From: Myxococcales bacterium
GTDB lineage: Bacteria > Myxococcota > UBA727 > VGSZ01
DNA: 64,000 nucleotides
NCBI GenBank assembly: GCA_023248635.1
Contig: JAHFED010000010.1
Span: 13,275 to 77,274 of the forward strand
Direction: 5' to 3'
The position numbers were made by a program, and so were the translations under genes. The notes under the pieces were generated by a model. That model worked only from the letters and a program-made list of their open reading frames with translations. It did no database searches and was not told where the DNA came from. Positions 8,865 to 18,138 of this stretch are shown piece by piece (within the stretch, counting starts at the first letter, position 1; each line of letters begins with the position of its first letter).

Positions 8865-10538
8865 CTAGGGGAGGTTGATGACGATGATCTCGACCCGGCG
8901 GTTCTGCGCGCGGGCCGCATTCGAGGTGCCGTCGACCAAGGGACGCGCGGCACCGAAGCCGGCGACGTCGAAGCGGTCGACAGCGACGCCGCGGGCCACC
9001 AGGGCATCACGCACCGCCATGGCTCGCCTCAACGAGAGCTTGAGGTTGTAGGCGTGATAGCCGGTGTCGTCGGTGTGTCCTTCGATGCTGATGGCGACGT
9101 CGGACCGCTCGATGAGCTGCGCGGCGATGCGGTCGCACAGAGGGCCTGAGGCCTCGAGCAGTTTGTCGGAGTCGAAGGCAAACTGAAATTTGTCGTCGAT
9201 CTCGAGCCGTTCGCGCGGCGGCGGCGCCACGTGTCCTTCATCGGTGATGAGGGCCGGCAGGCAGCCATCGGCCGTGCCACGGGCGGCGATGGTCGGACAC
9301 TTGTCGAGGTGATCGGGGACGAGATCCTTGTCCTGATCGGGAGGCCGACAACCGCCAAAGGCGGGATCACCGGGACGCCTTGGGCAACGGTCGACGAGAT
9401 CGGGAACGCCGTCGAGGTCGTCGTCGGGATCGGGGCAGCCGTCGCTGTCTTCGAAGCCGTCTTTGTCTTCGGCGACGTCGAAGCACTTGTCGAGGTCGTC
9501 GCGAATCCCGTCTTTGTCCGCGTCGTCTTCGGCGCAGCCATCGAGGTCTGCGCGTCCATCTTTGTCCTCGGGCTGATCTGGGCAGCTGTCGACGTCGTTG
9601 TTGATGCCGTCCCGGTCCCCGTCGGCGAAGTTGGGTGACCAGGAGATGCCAGCGACGACGCGGAAATCGGGCACCGTTGGACCGCCGATGATCCCGGTGC
9701 CACCACCAGCGAAGAGACGGACGTTCTCGCTCACCCTCCAGCGACCACCGAGCATCACCTCGAGCGGCGCGCCGCCGAGCTGGGGAGCGACGCCGAGGGC
9801 GCCTCCGAGACTGAGCTCCAACTCCAGGGGAACGTCCATGCCGACAGTGGCGAGGGGCAGGGCCGCGCCGGCGCGGTAAAAGACCTCGTGCCCGGCGACG
9901 ATGCCCGCAAACTGCGACACGCTGCGCGCCCGATAGCCCGCCCCCCCCGCCAAGCGCACGCCGAAGAGCTCGCGCGACACCAACACCTCTGGTGCGGCCG
10001 TGAAGAACTTCTCTCCCAAGTAGTCGCCCCTCGGGTACGACGTCGGCGCCGTCACCGTCGGCATGAACGCCAGGTCGACGCCGTAATCGGCTTGGCGCAG
10101 CAGCTGGAATTTGGGCGACAAGCGCACATCGCCGAGCCCGCCGATGACCAGGCCGCCGAGGGGGAGGTCCTCGGGCAGCGCGCCCCGGGCCTGAAAGAGC
10201 ACCACGGGCACGTCGACGCCGACCTGCAGCCAGTCGAACAGGCCCAGGGCAAGCACCAGGTTTGCGCCCGCGCGCGGCCCGACGAGGGCACCAGCCCGCT
10301 CCAGGCCTCCATCGACGCGACGGTAGATGGCGATGGGGTTGTGGGCGTAGCCCAGCCACAGCGCGACGTCGCCGTCCAGATGGTCGGGCACGTCGGCGGT
10401 TTCGACGTCGAGGATGCCGTCGCGACCCAGGGCGGGCCGCAAGCGTTCGGCCGAGAAGCGCGCAGGCTCTTCAGCTGCTCCAGCGCTCAAGTGAAAGGCG
10501 AGGAACACGAGCGTGCTGGCGCGCGGACAGAGACGCAT
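8865..10538 (-). CDS. OmpA-family outer-membrane protein with thrombospondin type-3 (TSP3) repeats.
   Basis: Signal peptide, then a beta-barrel-like N-terminal domain. Multiple DxDxDGxxDxxDxC repeats (DKDGIRDDLDKC, DSDGCPDPDDDLDGVPD). C-terminal OmpA peptidoglycan-binding domain ending in NRRVEIIV. Confidence 0.85.
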   Translation of the reverse strand: MRLCPRASTLVFLAFHLSAGAAEEPARFSAERLRPALGRDGILDVETADVPDHLDGDVALWLGYAHNPIAIYRRVDGGLERAGALVGPRAGANLVLALGLFDWLQVGVDVPVVLFQARGALPEDLPLGGLVIGGLGDVRLSPKFQLLRQADYGVDLAFMPTVTAPTSYPRGDYLGEKFFTAAPEVLVSRELFGVRLAGGAGYRARSVSQFAGIVAGHEVFYRAGAALPLATVGMDVPLELELSLGGALGVAPQLGGAPLEVMLGGRWRVSENVRLFAGGGTGIIGGPTVPDFRVVAGISWSPNFADGDRDGINNDVDSCPDQPEDKDGRADLDGCAEDDADKDGIRDDLDKCFDVAEDKDGFEDSDGCPDPDDDLDGVPDLVDRCPRRPGDPAFGGCRPPDQDKDLVPDHLDKCPTIAARGTADGCLPALITDEGHVAPPPRERLEIDDKFQFAFDSDKLLEASGPLCDRIAAQLIERSDVAISIEGHTDDTGYHAYNLKLSLRRAMAVRDALVARGVAVDRFDVAGFGAARPLVDGTSNAARAQNRRVEIIVINLP

Positions 10539-10574
10539 CCCGTGCAGCTAACACACTCGCCTGTGAGACCAACC

Positions 10575-10602
10575 CAAAGTGCCGATGGTTTGCGCCGTTG
10601 GC
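10575..10602. repeat. Single copy of the CAAAGTGC-N6-TTTGCGCCGTTGGC palindromic element; this is the same family as the tandem repeats at 32033..32125.
   Basis: caaagtgccgatggtttgcgccgttggc matches the 35-bp units at 32033..32103 (ggcgcaaagtgcttcctgctttgcgccgttggc). Confidence 0.5.
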
Positions 10603-10632
10603 CCGGCGGGCTGCTTTCGACCTCGGACCTCG

Positions 10633-10700
10633 AATTCATCGCCGCCAGGCGATGAACCTGTAGACAATTCACCGACACGCGAAGCCTGGTCGGTGGACTC
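10633..10700. repeat. Copy (inverted orientation) of the ~65-bp double-hairpin intergenic repeat also found at 16620..16749 and 52636..52706.
   Basis: The reverse complement reads ...caccgaccaggcttcgcgtgtcggtgaattgtctacaggttcatcgcctggcggcgatgaattc. Apart from a few substitutions in the first stem it is the same as the units in the lepA-lepB spacer. It carries two internal inverted repeats (CACCGAC/GTCGGTG and TTCATCGCC/GGCGATGAA). Confidence 0.8.
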
Positions 10701-10822
10701 CGTGTGCGTCTATCATGGTTAACATAATGCACATTATCGAACATCTGGCGCCGTCTGAGGCGCATGGCGACGTTGTCAAAACCATGCTCCTGTTGTCCGC
10801 CGTTCGGCTCCCAGCGGCGGGC

Positions 10823-12127
10823 TCAGCCCGTGGCCCGTCGAACGATGAGAGCCAAAAAGAGGTCGGCGCGCATCGGGTGCAGTTGCAGCGGGATGTACAC
10901 GAGGTTGTGCACCAGGGCGCCGTGGTCCCCCAACCACCTGCCGAGTTCGTCGGCGGTGAAGGCCATCCGCGGCAACGGCTGCAAGCCCAACAATGGACCC
11001 ACCGCCCGACGCAGCACATCGAGATTCTCGAGGTCGACGACGGCGATGCCTTCGTCGAGGCCGATCATGTCGACGACGCGGCGGGTGGCCGCCAACAGGT
11101 CGACAGCACTGGCCACGGTCTCGAGGTGGCCAAAGTGGATGCTGTGCTCGACATGGCCGCCGAGCACGACGCGAATGGGCGGACGCGTGCGCGAGCCGTA
11201 CTCGGTGATGATGGCGGAGCCGCCGTCGGCCAACAGTCCCTCGAGCCTCTCGATCAGAGCGATGGGACCGGTGCCCACGAGCACAGCGTGGGGAGAGCCG
11301 ACCAAGGAAAGTCCATAGCGGCGCACACAGCGGGCCGCTTCGCCAACGTCGACGCCGACGTCGTCGCGATAACAGGGACGCACCGGCAGATCGGCTATGA
11401 CTTCGTTGGAAATGACGAGGTCGAAGGGTTTGTCGGGCTTGAAAGTGAGCAGGTCTTGAAGCACGAAGGAGCAACGTTCGCCGTGGGGTGCGCAGCGCTG
11501 CCGCTGGGATCGTTGCAGCGCCGGCGAGAGGTCGACGAGGGTGTAACGCACGCTTTGGTAGAGGTCGGGACGGGTGGCGTGCAGCCGCGCCAAGAAATCA
11601 TGGGCGAAGCGGCCGGTGCCACAGCCGAGCTCGACGACGGTCAAGGTCTGGCGGCTGCGGTCGACGACGGCATCGCAGAAGGCGGCGCCGAAGGTGCGTC
11701 CCTGCAGCACGGCCGAGGGAAAGGCCAAGAGGTGGGCCAAAGTGGTTTCGACGTCGTCGAATTGGGCGTCGGCGTCGTCGATGACCTCTTGGTGGTAGGC
11801 CTCGGTGTCCAAGCTCTCAGACATCGCCGCCTGGGCGGAGAAGAACTCGAGCGTGAAGCGCCGATCGGCGGCGAAGGCCCGCAGGGTTGCAAGCTCCTCG
11901 GTGAGGGAGTCGTCCCGCACCAGCCCGCGCACCGCCTGCCGCCACCGCGAGGCCACCGCGGCATCGACGTCGCCGACCCCCGTCGCCAGGGCCTTCAGGG
12001 TGGGCAGGTCGTGGGCGTCGACGTCGTGGGCCCGGGGATGCTGATCGAGGCTGTCTGCGGCCTCAAAGAGCAACCCCGTGCCGTCGCGGTCTTCGAGCAG
12101 GATCGCGGAGCGCTTCAAACGGGCCAT
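10823..12127 (-). CDS. Class I SAM-dependent methyltransferase (MidA/DUF185-like architecture).
   Basis: Rossmann SAM motif VVELGCGTGRFAHDFL and acidic motif II (FDLVISNEV). The start was chosen at MARLKRSAILLEDRDG (ATG 12127). The longer ORF-track N-terminus back to 12460 has a wrong-frame-like composition. Confidence 0.7.
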   Translation of the reverse strand: MARLKRSAILLEDRDGTGLLFEAADSLDQHPRAHDVDAHDLPTLKALATGVGDVDAAVASRWRQAVRGLVRDDSLTEELATLRAFAADRRFTLEFFSAQAAMSESLDTEAYHQEVIDDADAQFDDVETTLAHLLAFPSAVLQGRTFGAAFCDAVVDRSRQTLTVVELGCGTGRFAHDFLARLHATRPDLYQSVRYTLVDLSPALQRSQRQRCAPHGERCSFVLQDLLTFKPDKPFDLVISNEVIADLPVRPCYRDDVGVDVGEAARCVRRYGLSLVGSPHAVLVGTGPIALIERLEGLLADGGSAIITEYGSRTRPPIRVVLGGHVEHSIHFGHLETVASAVDLLAATRRVVDMIGLDEGIAVVDLENLDVLRRAVGPLLGLQPLPRMAFTADELGRWLGDHGALVHNLVYIPLQLHPMRADLFLALIVRRATG

Positions 12128-12254
12128 GGCCGAGCTTAGGTCGAGCCGGACGCGGAGGGGACGGGACCCATGAGCGGCCGCCGCAGAGCGTGGTAGTGAC
12201 CCGTCCTTCGAGACGCGCCAGCGTCTCGAACAGATGAATTCGCAGGAGCGCGCC

Positions 12255-13103
12255 ATGGGTTTGTTCACCGGCAAAGTCGTCATCGTCACCGGCTCGGGCA
12301 ACGGCATCGGTAAAGCCACGGCCCTCGCTTTCGCCAAAGCGGGCGCCCTCGTCGTCGTCAACGATGTCGGCGGCACCCGAGATGGGGCGGGCAAAGACCA
12401 AAAGGCCGCCGACGCCGTCGTCGCCGACATCAAAGACGCTGGCGGCGAGGCCGTGGCCACCTACACCTCGGTCAGCGACCTCGACGGCGCCGAGAACATC
12501 GTCTGGACCGCGCTCAACAGATGGAAGCGCGTCGACGTGCTCGTGAACAACGCCGGCATCTTGCGCGATCGCGCCCTGCTGAACATGCAGGTCAGCGAGT
12601 GGGACGCTGTCCTCGACGTGCACCTCAAGGGCTCGTTCTTGATGACCCGCGCTTTCGCCCGCGCGATCAAGGTGCAGGGCACGGGCAGCTACGCCATCGT
12701 CAACACCACCTCGATGAGCGGCCTGCTCGGGAATTTTGGCCAGGCCAATTATTCGTCGGCGAAGGCCGGGCTCTTTGGCCTCACCCGCACCTCGTCGATC
12801 GAGCTTGCGAAGCTGGGCTGCCGCGTCAACGCCATCGCGCCCGTGGCCCTGACGCGCATGACCGAGGACATCGCCATGCTCAAGGACGTCGGCGTCGACC
12901 AGATGGGTCCGCAGCATGTCGCTCCCGTGGTCACCTGGTTGGCCAGCGACGTCGCTGTCGAGGTCAATGGGCGCATTTTCGGCGTGCATGGCAGCAAGAT
13001 TTTCGAATACCGCATGACCCAATCTGAGGGCGTCGAAGGCGTTGCCGGCGTGCCCTGGACGCCCGAGTCGTTGCAGGCCGCCCTCGCCAAGATCGAGAAA
13101 TAA
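12255..13103 (+). CDS. SDR-family short-chain dehydrogenase/reductase (MFE-2/HSD17B4-like N-terminal type).
   Basis: VTGSGNGIGKA glycine-rich NAD(P)-binding motif, NNAG, and the catalytic Y-x3-K (NYSSAKAG). Start taken at MGLFTGKVVIVTG. Confidence 0.85.
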   Translation: MGLFTGKVVIVTGSGNGIGKATALAFAKAGALVVVNDVGGTRDGAGKDQKAADAVVADIKDAGGEAVATYTSVSDLDGAENIVWTALNRWKRVDVLVNNAGILRDRALLNMQVSEWDAVLDVHLKGSFLMTRAFARAIKVQGTGSYAIVNTTSMSGLLGNFGQANYSSAKAGLFGLTRTSSIELAKLGCRVNAIAPVALTRMTEDIAMLKDVGVDQMGPQHVAPVVTWLASDVAVEVNGRIFGVHGSKIFEYRMTQSEGVEGVAGVPWTPESLQAALAKIEK

Positions 13104-13214
13104 ATCGTGTGTGTAATTCTCTGCCCTCAGGCCGGGCGGCCAATTGCGAGCACATCGGCGATCATCGGGCGATCGCCGGAGGCGTGGGCGGCGACGAAGG
13201 GCGACAACCCGGGG

Positions 13215-14576
13215 ATGTCGAGCCGTGCGATCCCCGTCGTCGTTCTCTCGTTGCTCGCTCTGGCTGCCTGCGGCTCCGGCACCGACGACGTCGAGGAATT
13301 CGCTGAGCTCACCGCGGGTCTTTCACGCAGTGAGCACGCGTTGGCAGCCCCAGGCAGCTGGACCCCCGCTGGCGACGTCGTCAGCGTCGGCGACGCTCAA
13401 GAAGTCCAATACGACGGCGCCCCCGCCTACGACGACGGCGCCAACTGCTCCGGCGATGCGACCCCGGGTGCGCGCACTTTGCGCGACGTGTTGGTCAACG
13501 CCTACCCCGACATCGACAGCGTCGGCATCTACAACTGCCGGGTCATCGCCGGCACGAACTCGATGTCCATCCACGGCGTCGGCCGCGCCCTCGACGTCAT
13601 GATTTCGCCCATCGACGGTGAAGCCGACAACGGCGCCGGCGACCCCATTGCTGCCTGGTTGATGACCAACGCCGAAACCCTGGGCCTGCAGGGCATCATC
13701 TTCGATCACACCATTTGGACGACGTCGAGAGCGCCTGGAGCGCGCGTGCGTCCCTACACCGGCGAGAACCCCCACATCGATCACCTGCACGTCGAGATCA
13801 ACGAGCAGGCCGCCGCCCAAGACCTGCCCTGGTACTCAAACCCCGTGGGTCCAGGCCCCGCCCCCGACTGTGAGCCCCTGCCCGCCGGCGGCGGCGTCGT
13901 CGACGACGGACCCTGCCAGCAGCACTTTGGTCCCAGCCAGTTCTGGCGCAGCGAGGCCGCCGGGCACGGTGGCCAGCTCTATTGGACCAACGCCTTCGAA
14001 GGCGACGCCCCCAGCAACTGGGCCCGCACCACCATCAAGGTCGAAGGCGGCGGCAGCTACGACGTCGAAGTCTTTCTCGATCCCGCTTTCGCCCAGTTCG
14101 CCACCACCCGCTACCGCGTGGTCAGTGGCGACGCCGAGCAGGTCGTCGTCGTCGACCAGGCCGCCCGTTCTCTGGAGCGCGAGGGCTGGGCCCTGCTCGG
14201 CACTTTCGATGTGCCAGAAGAGGGCCTGAGCGTCATCGTCGAGGACGACACTTCGACGGCGCCGCCCGCCGAAGCCAAGCGCATCGTCTTCGACGCCGTC
14301 CGCATCTCTGGGCCCGGGGAGGTTCCCCCCGATGAGCCCCCGCCTGACGAGCCCCCGCCTGACGAACCCCCGCCCGATGAGCCCCCGCCCGACGACGTGC
14401 CCCCCATCGACGACGACGGCCCGGTGCTCGACGACGACGACGAAGGCACGGTCGAAGAGTCGCGCATCGTCGTCGTCCACCGCCAACCCTCTTGCGCCAC
14501 CGCGCCGACGCCCGCGCCGCTCTTGCTGCTGCTGGCCGCGCTCTTTTTGGTGCTCACCGGACGCCAGCGGCGCTGA
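13215..14576 (+). CDS. Lipoprotein with a LAS-fold (peptidase M15/hedgehog-type) zinc-binding domain, an (EPPPD)x4 repeat and a MYXO-CTERM tail.
   Basis: Lipobox LLALAAC|GSG. H-x6-D motif (SIHGVGRALD) plus a downstream HIDHLHVE (HxH), as in zinc D-Ala-D-Ala carboxypeptidases. DNA-level 15-bp tandem repeats encode DEPPPDEPPPDEPPPDEPPPD. C-terminal CATAPTPAPLLLLLAALFLVLTGRQRR. Confidence 0.7.
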   Translation: MSSRAIPVVVLSLLALAACGSGTDDVEEFAELTAGLSRSEHALAAPGSWTPAGDVVSVGDAQEVQYDGAPAYDDGANCSGDATPGARTLRDVLVNAYPDIDSVGIYNCRVIAGTNSMSIHGVGRALDVMISPIDGEADNGAGDPIAAWLMTNAETLGLQGIIFDHTIWTTSRAPGARVRPYTGENPHIDHLHVEINEQAAAQDLPWYSNPVGPGPAPDCEPLPAGGGVVDDGPCQQHFGPSQFWRSEAAGHGGQLYWTNAFEGDAPSNWARTTIKVEGGGSYDVEVFLDPAFAQFATTRYRVVSGDAEQVVVVDQAARSLEREGWALLGTFDVPEEGLSVIVEDDTSTAPPAEAKRIVFDAVRISGPGEVPPDEPPPDEPPPDEPPPDEPPPDDVPPIDDDGPVLDDDDEGTVEESRIVVVHRQPSCATAPTPAPLLLLLAALFLVLTGRQRR

Positions 14577-14628
14577 GCCCCGACGACGTCGTTGACGGGA
14601 TGCCAATCAGTCCGCATGACCACGGACA

Positions 14629-16425
14629 ATGGCTTCCGAGCTCATCCGAAATTTCTCCATCATCGCCCACATCGACCACGGTAAGTCGACGCTCGCCGAC
14701 CGCATCCTCGAGGTCACGGGCTCCATCACCGCCCGCGAGATGCAGTCGCAATTCCTGGACAAGATGGACCTTGAGCGCGAGCGCGGCATCACCATCAAGG
14801 CCCAAGCGGTGCGCCTGTTTTACACGGCGAAGGATGGCAAGACCTACAACCTCAACCTCATCGACACCCCTGGCCACGTCGACTTCAACTACGAGGTGAG
14901 CCGCGCGCTCGGAGCATGCGAAGGCGCCCTCCTCGTCGTCGATGCGTCTCAAGGCGTTGAAGCCCAGACCCTGGCCAACGTCTACTTGGCTCTCGACGCC
15001 AACCTCGAGATCGTGCCGGTGCTCAACAAGATCGACCTGCCCTCGGCGGACCCCGAACGGGTGCGTCAGGAGATCGAGGACATCATCGGGCTCGACGCCA
15101 GCCAAGCCGTCTGCGCTTCGGGCAAAGCGGGCATCGGCATCGTCGAAATCCTCGAAGCCATCGTGCAGAAGGTGCCCCCACCCAAGGGCGACGTCGACGG
15201 CCCCTTGGCTTGTTTGATTTTTGACTCCTGGTTCGACTCCTACCGCGGCGTTGTCGTGCTCGTGCGCGTCTTCGAAGGCACGGTGAACCCCGGCATGAAG
15301 GTGCGCCTCATGCACAACGGCAAGGAGTTCGAGGTGCAGGAGCTCGGCGCCTTCACGCCCCACTCGATCAAGCTGCCGCAGCTCGTGGCCGGCGAAACCG
15401 GCTTCATCATCGCCAACATCAAAGACGTGCACGACACCAAGGTCGGCGACACGTTGACGTCGGTGGTGAACCCGCGCCCGGCGCCCCTGCCCGGGTTCAA
15501 GGAGATCCAACCCGTCGTCTACGCCGGCGTCTTTCCCATCGAGGCCGCCGACTACGAAAACCTCAAGGAGAGCCTGGCCAAGCTCAAGCTCAACGACTCG
15601 GCGCTCAAGTTCGAGCCGGAGACGTCGAAGGCGTTGGGCTTTGGTTTCCGGGTCGGTTTCCTCGGTCTGTTGCACATGGAGATCGTGCAGGAGCGCCTCG
15701 AGCGCGAGTTCAACCTCGAGCTCATCACCACCGCTCCGACCGTGGTCTACCAGGCCTACATGACCGACGGCAGCGTCGTCGAAGTCGACAATCCCTCGCG
15801 CCTGCCCGACCCCGCGCGCACCGACCACGTCGAAGAACCCATCATCATCGCCAGCATCCACACGCCCTCGGAGCACGTGGGCGCCATCATCAAGCTCTGT
15901 GAAGATCGACGCGGCACCCAGAAGGACCTCGCGTTCATCACCCAGACCCGCGTGCTCATCAAATACGAGCTGCCCCTGGCCGAGGTCGTCTTCGACTTCT
16001 TCGACAAGCTCAAGACCGTGAGCCGCGGCTACGCCTCCTTCGACTACGACCTCGCCGGCATGCGCGCAGACAAGCTCGTGAAGGTCGACGTCCTCGTCAA
16101 CGGCGAAAACGTCGACGCCCTTTCGATCATCGCCCACCGCGACCGGGCGCAGGCTCGTGGACGCGTGCTCTGCGAGAAGATGAAAGAGCTGATCCCGCAG
16201 CAGCAGTACCAGGTGGCGATCCAGGCCGCGATTGGCGGAAAGATCATCGCGCGCGAGACGTTGAGTGCTTTGCGCAAGGATGTGACGGCCAAGTGCTACG
16301 GCGGGGACATCTCGCGCAAGCGCAAGCTGCTCGAGCGGCAGAAGGAAGGGAAGAAGCGCATGCGACAGGTCGGCAGCGTCGACATCCCGCAGGAAGCCTT
16401 CCTCGCCGTGCTGAAAGTCGATTGA
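14629..16425 (+). CDS. lepA: Translation elongation factor 4 (LepA/EF4).
   Basis: N-terminus [20 protein letters not shown], GTPase motifs G1-G4 and the LepA-specific C-terminal domain; 598 aa. Confidence 0.97.
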   Translation: MASELIRNFSIIAHIDHGKSTLADRILEVTGSITAREMQSQFLDKMDLERERGITIKAQAVRLFYTAKDGKTYNLNLIDTPGHVDFNYEVSRALGACEGALLVVDASQGVEAQTLANVYLALDANLEIVPVLNKIDLPSADPERVRQEIEDIIGLDASQAVCASGKAGIGIVEILEAIVQKVPPPKGDVDGPLACLIFDSWFDSYRGVVVLVRVFEGTVNPGMKVRLMHNGKEFEVQELGAFTPHSIKLPQLVAGETGFIIANIKDVHDTKVGDTLTSVVNPRPAPLPGFKEIQPVVYAGVFPIEAADYENLKESLAKLKLNDSALKFEPETSKALGFGFRVGFLGLLHMEIVQERLEREFNLELITTAPTVVYQAYMTDGSVVEVDNPSRLPDPARTDHVEEPIIIASIHTPSEHVGAIIKLCEDRRGTQKDLAFITQTRVLIKYELPLAEVVFDFFDKLKTVSRGYASFDYDLAGMRADKLVKVDVLVNGENVDALSIIAHRDRAQARGRVLCEKMKELIPQQQYQVAIQAAIGGKIIARETLSALRKDVTAKCYGGDISRKRKLLERQKEGKKRMRQVGSVDIPQEAFLAVLKVD

Positions 16426-16458
16426 GCGATGAAGCGGAACACACGCACGGTGCTGATG

Positions 16459-16614
16459 TTCAAGACGCGCCAGCGTCTTGAACATCCAAGCTTCAAGACG
16501 CGCCAGCGTCTTGAACATCCAAGCTTCAAGACGCGCCAGCGTCTTGAACATCCAAGCTTCAAGACGCGCCAGCGTCTTGAACATCCAAGCTTCAAGACGC
16601 TGGCGCGTCTTCAG
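16459..16614. repeat. Tandem array (4 perfect copies and 1 variant) of a 33-bp unit. Each unit holds a perfect 10-bp-stem hairpin, TTCAAGACGC-gcca-GCGTCTTGAA.
   Basis: ttcaagacgcgccagcgtcttgaacatccaagc repeated at 16459, 16492, 16525 and 16558, with a variant at 16591 (loop tggc). The 9-bp spacers are identical, so this is not CRISPR. Confidence 0.9.
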
Positions 16615-16619
16615 TGCCG

Positions 16620-16749
16620 ATTCACCGACAGCGCTTCGCGTGTCGGTGAACTGTCAACAGGTTCATCGCCTGGCGGCGATGAATTCACCAACAGCGCTTC
16701 GCGTGTCGGTGAATTGTCTACAGGTTCATCGCCTGGCGGCGATGAATTG
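16620..16749. repeat. Two tandem copies of the ~65-bp double-hairpin repeat (family shared with 10633..10700 and 52636..52706).
   Basis: ATTCACCGACAgcgcttcgcgTGTCGGTGAATtgtctacaggTTCATCGCCtgGCGGCGATGAAtt occurs twice, with a/t polymorphisms. Conserved pseudo-peptides (ALRVSVNCLQVHRLAAMN) appear in spurious ORFs at all three loci. Confidence 0.85.
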
Positions 16750-16777
16750 GCCGCCCGGCCTGAGGGCAGAGAATTCC

Positions 16778-16800
16778 TCAAGACGCTGGCGCGTCTTGAA
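16778..16800. repeat. Additional solitary hairpin of the TCAAGACGC...GCGTCTTGA type, 12 bp upstream of the lepB start.
   Basis: tcaagacgctggcgcgtcttgaa is the same stem as the 33-bp array units with loop tggc. Confidence 0.8.
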
Positions 16801-16811
16801 AGCGGTGGATC

Positions 16812-18134
16812 ATGAGCTGGGGAAATCGCTTGCGCCGCTTGCTGACCCCTGGTCACGCCGTCGGCTTCGTCGTCGTCGTCACGGCCCTCTATTTTGCCTG
16901 GGGGCGCGTGTTCCAGGAGGGAGGCACCGGCAGCAACGTCGTCCTTGGTCTGCTGCTCGCCGTCGCCGTCTTGTGGGTGGGCACCAACACCCTTGCTCCG
17001 GTCGTCGACGAAGCCCTCGCGTCGGGCGATAAGCGCGCGCTCCTCAAGAAGCAGCGGCTGGCCTTCGAAGGGGCTGTGCACCTCGAGAAAGCGACCAAGC
17101 GCGAGCGCAAGAACAAGAAGACGCCGCTGACCTCCGACGTCTTCGCCGAGCTCAACGCCGTGATCGCGGCCCTCTTTCAGGCCTCCGTCGACGGCAAGGA
17201 CATCGACGCCGTCGCCGAACGGGCCACGGCCATCACCAACCGGGCTTTTCCGCCGGTCAAAGAGGGTGTCTTTGCCCAGGCCCGCTCGTTGGGTGCCGCC
17301 TTCGCCGTCGCCATCGCCCTGCGCACCTTCGCCGTCGCACCCTTCCAGATTCCCTCGGGTTCGATGATCCCGACCCTGCTCATTGGCGACCACCTCTTTG
17401 TGTGGCGCGCGACCTATGGGCTGCAGATCCCGTCGAAGAATGGCCTCGGCATCTTTTCGTTCCTTGGCGCGGTGCTGCCCCAAAAGCCGATCTATTTCGC
17501 GCGGTGGTGCATTCCCGAACCCGGCGATGTCGTCGTCTTCGAGGCTCCCCCCTGGGTCTCGGCGAATGCCGGCGAGGATTGGATCAAGCGTGTGGTCGCG
17601 GGGCCCGGCCAACAGGTGCGCTTCGAAAACACGGTGTTGATCGTCGACGGCCGGCGCTACGAGCAGGTCTCCGCCGATGGAAAAAATGGGGTCGACGACG
17701 ACGGCGACCCCTTGGGCGAGCTCACCACCTACGACGACTTCCGCGGTGACACTGGCCCCTGGGTCAAGTCCCACGCTGGCCACAAGAAAGAGACGCTGCT
17801 GCGTCGCGACGGCACGCCGGTGGTGCACTCCATCTTCAACGACATGCCACCCCGCACCTCGCAGTGGCCCATCCCCGGCGCGGTGCCCACCTTGACCGGA
17901 CTGCGCTGCACCGACGAAGCCTGCACCGTCGCCGACGGCTTCGTCTTCGTCATGGGCGACAACCGCGACAACTCCTCCGACGGGCGCACGTGGGGCGCTG
18001 TGCCCATCGACAACATCAAGGGCAAAGCCATCTTCATCTGGGTGTCCGTCGACGGCAGCGAGAACTCGCTGAAGGTCGGACGCTTCACGCTCCCGCGCTT
18101 TCGCTGGGACCGCCTCGGCGACATCATTCGCTGA
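16812..18134 (+). CDS. lepB: Signal peptidase I (S26 family) with an extended N-terminal TM region and a large insertion.
   Basis: Box B IPSGSMIPTL (catalytic Ser) and box E GDNRDNSSDGR. Conserved synteny with lepA. Confidence 0.9.
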   Translation: MSWGNRLRRLLTPGHAVGFVVVVTALYFAWGRVFQEGGTGSNVVLGLLLAVAVLWVGTNTLAPVVDEALASGDKRALLKKQRLAFEGAVHLEKATKRERKNKKTPLTSDVFAELNAVIAALFQASVDGKDIDAVAERATAITNRAFPPVKEGVFAQARSLGAAFAVAIALRTFAVAPFQIPSGSMIPTLLIGDHLFVWRATYGLQIPSKNGLGIFSFLGAVLPQKPIYFARWCIPEPGDVVVFEAPPWVSANAGEDWIKRVVAGPGQQVRFENTVLIVDGRRYEQVSADGKNGVDDDGDPLGELTTYDDFRGDTGPWVKSHAGHKKETLLRRDGTPVVHSIFNDMPPRTSQWPIPGAVPTLTGLRCTDEACTVADGFVFVMGDNRDNSSDGRTWGAVPIDNIKGKAIFIWVSVDGSENSLKVGRFTLPRFRWDRLGDIIR

Positions 18135-18138
18135 GCGA

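Noticed and set aside
9231-9638. A plus-strand ORF with V/G/A/E repeats inside the OmpA gene region.
   Set aside because: It is antisense to the TSP3 repeat region of the OmpA gene; the repetitive D-rich sense codons give an open antisense frame.
16459-16614. A possible CRISPR array (regular ~24-bp repeats with short spacers).
   Set aside because: The 9-bp spacers are identical in every unit (catccaagc), the period is only 33 bp, and the repeat itself is a perfect hairpin. This is a tandem duplication of a structured repeat, not a CRISPR array. No cas genes are nearby.
16296-16815. ORFs 16296..16595 (minus) and 16429..16815 (plus) with striking internally repeated peptides (KTRQRLEHPSF x4, SRRWRVLKLGC x4).
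   Set aside because: They are read straight through the 33-bp and 65-bp DNA repeats. The periodic peptides are translation artefacts of non-coding hairpin repeats between lepA and lepB.
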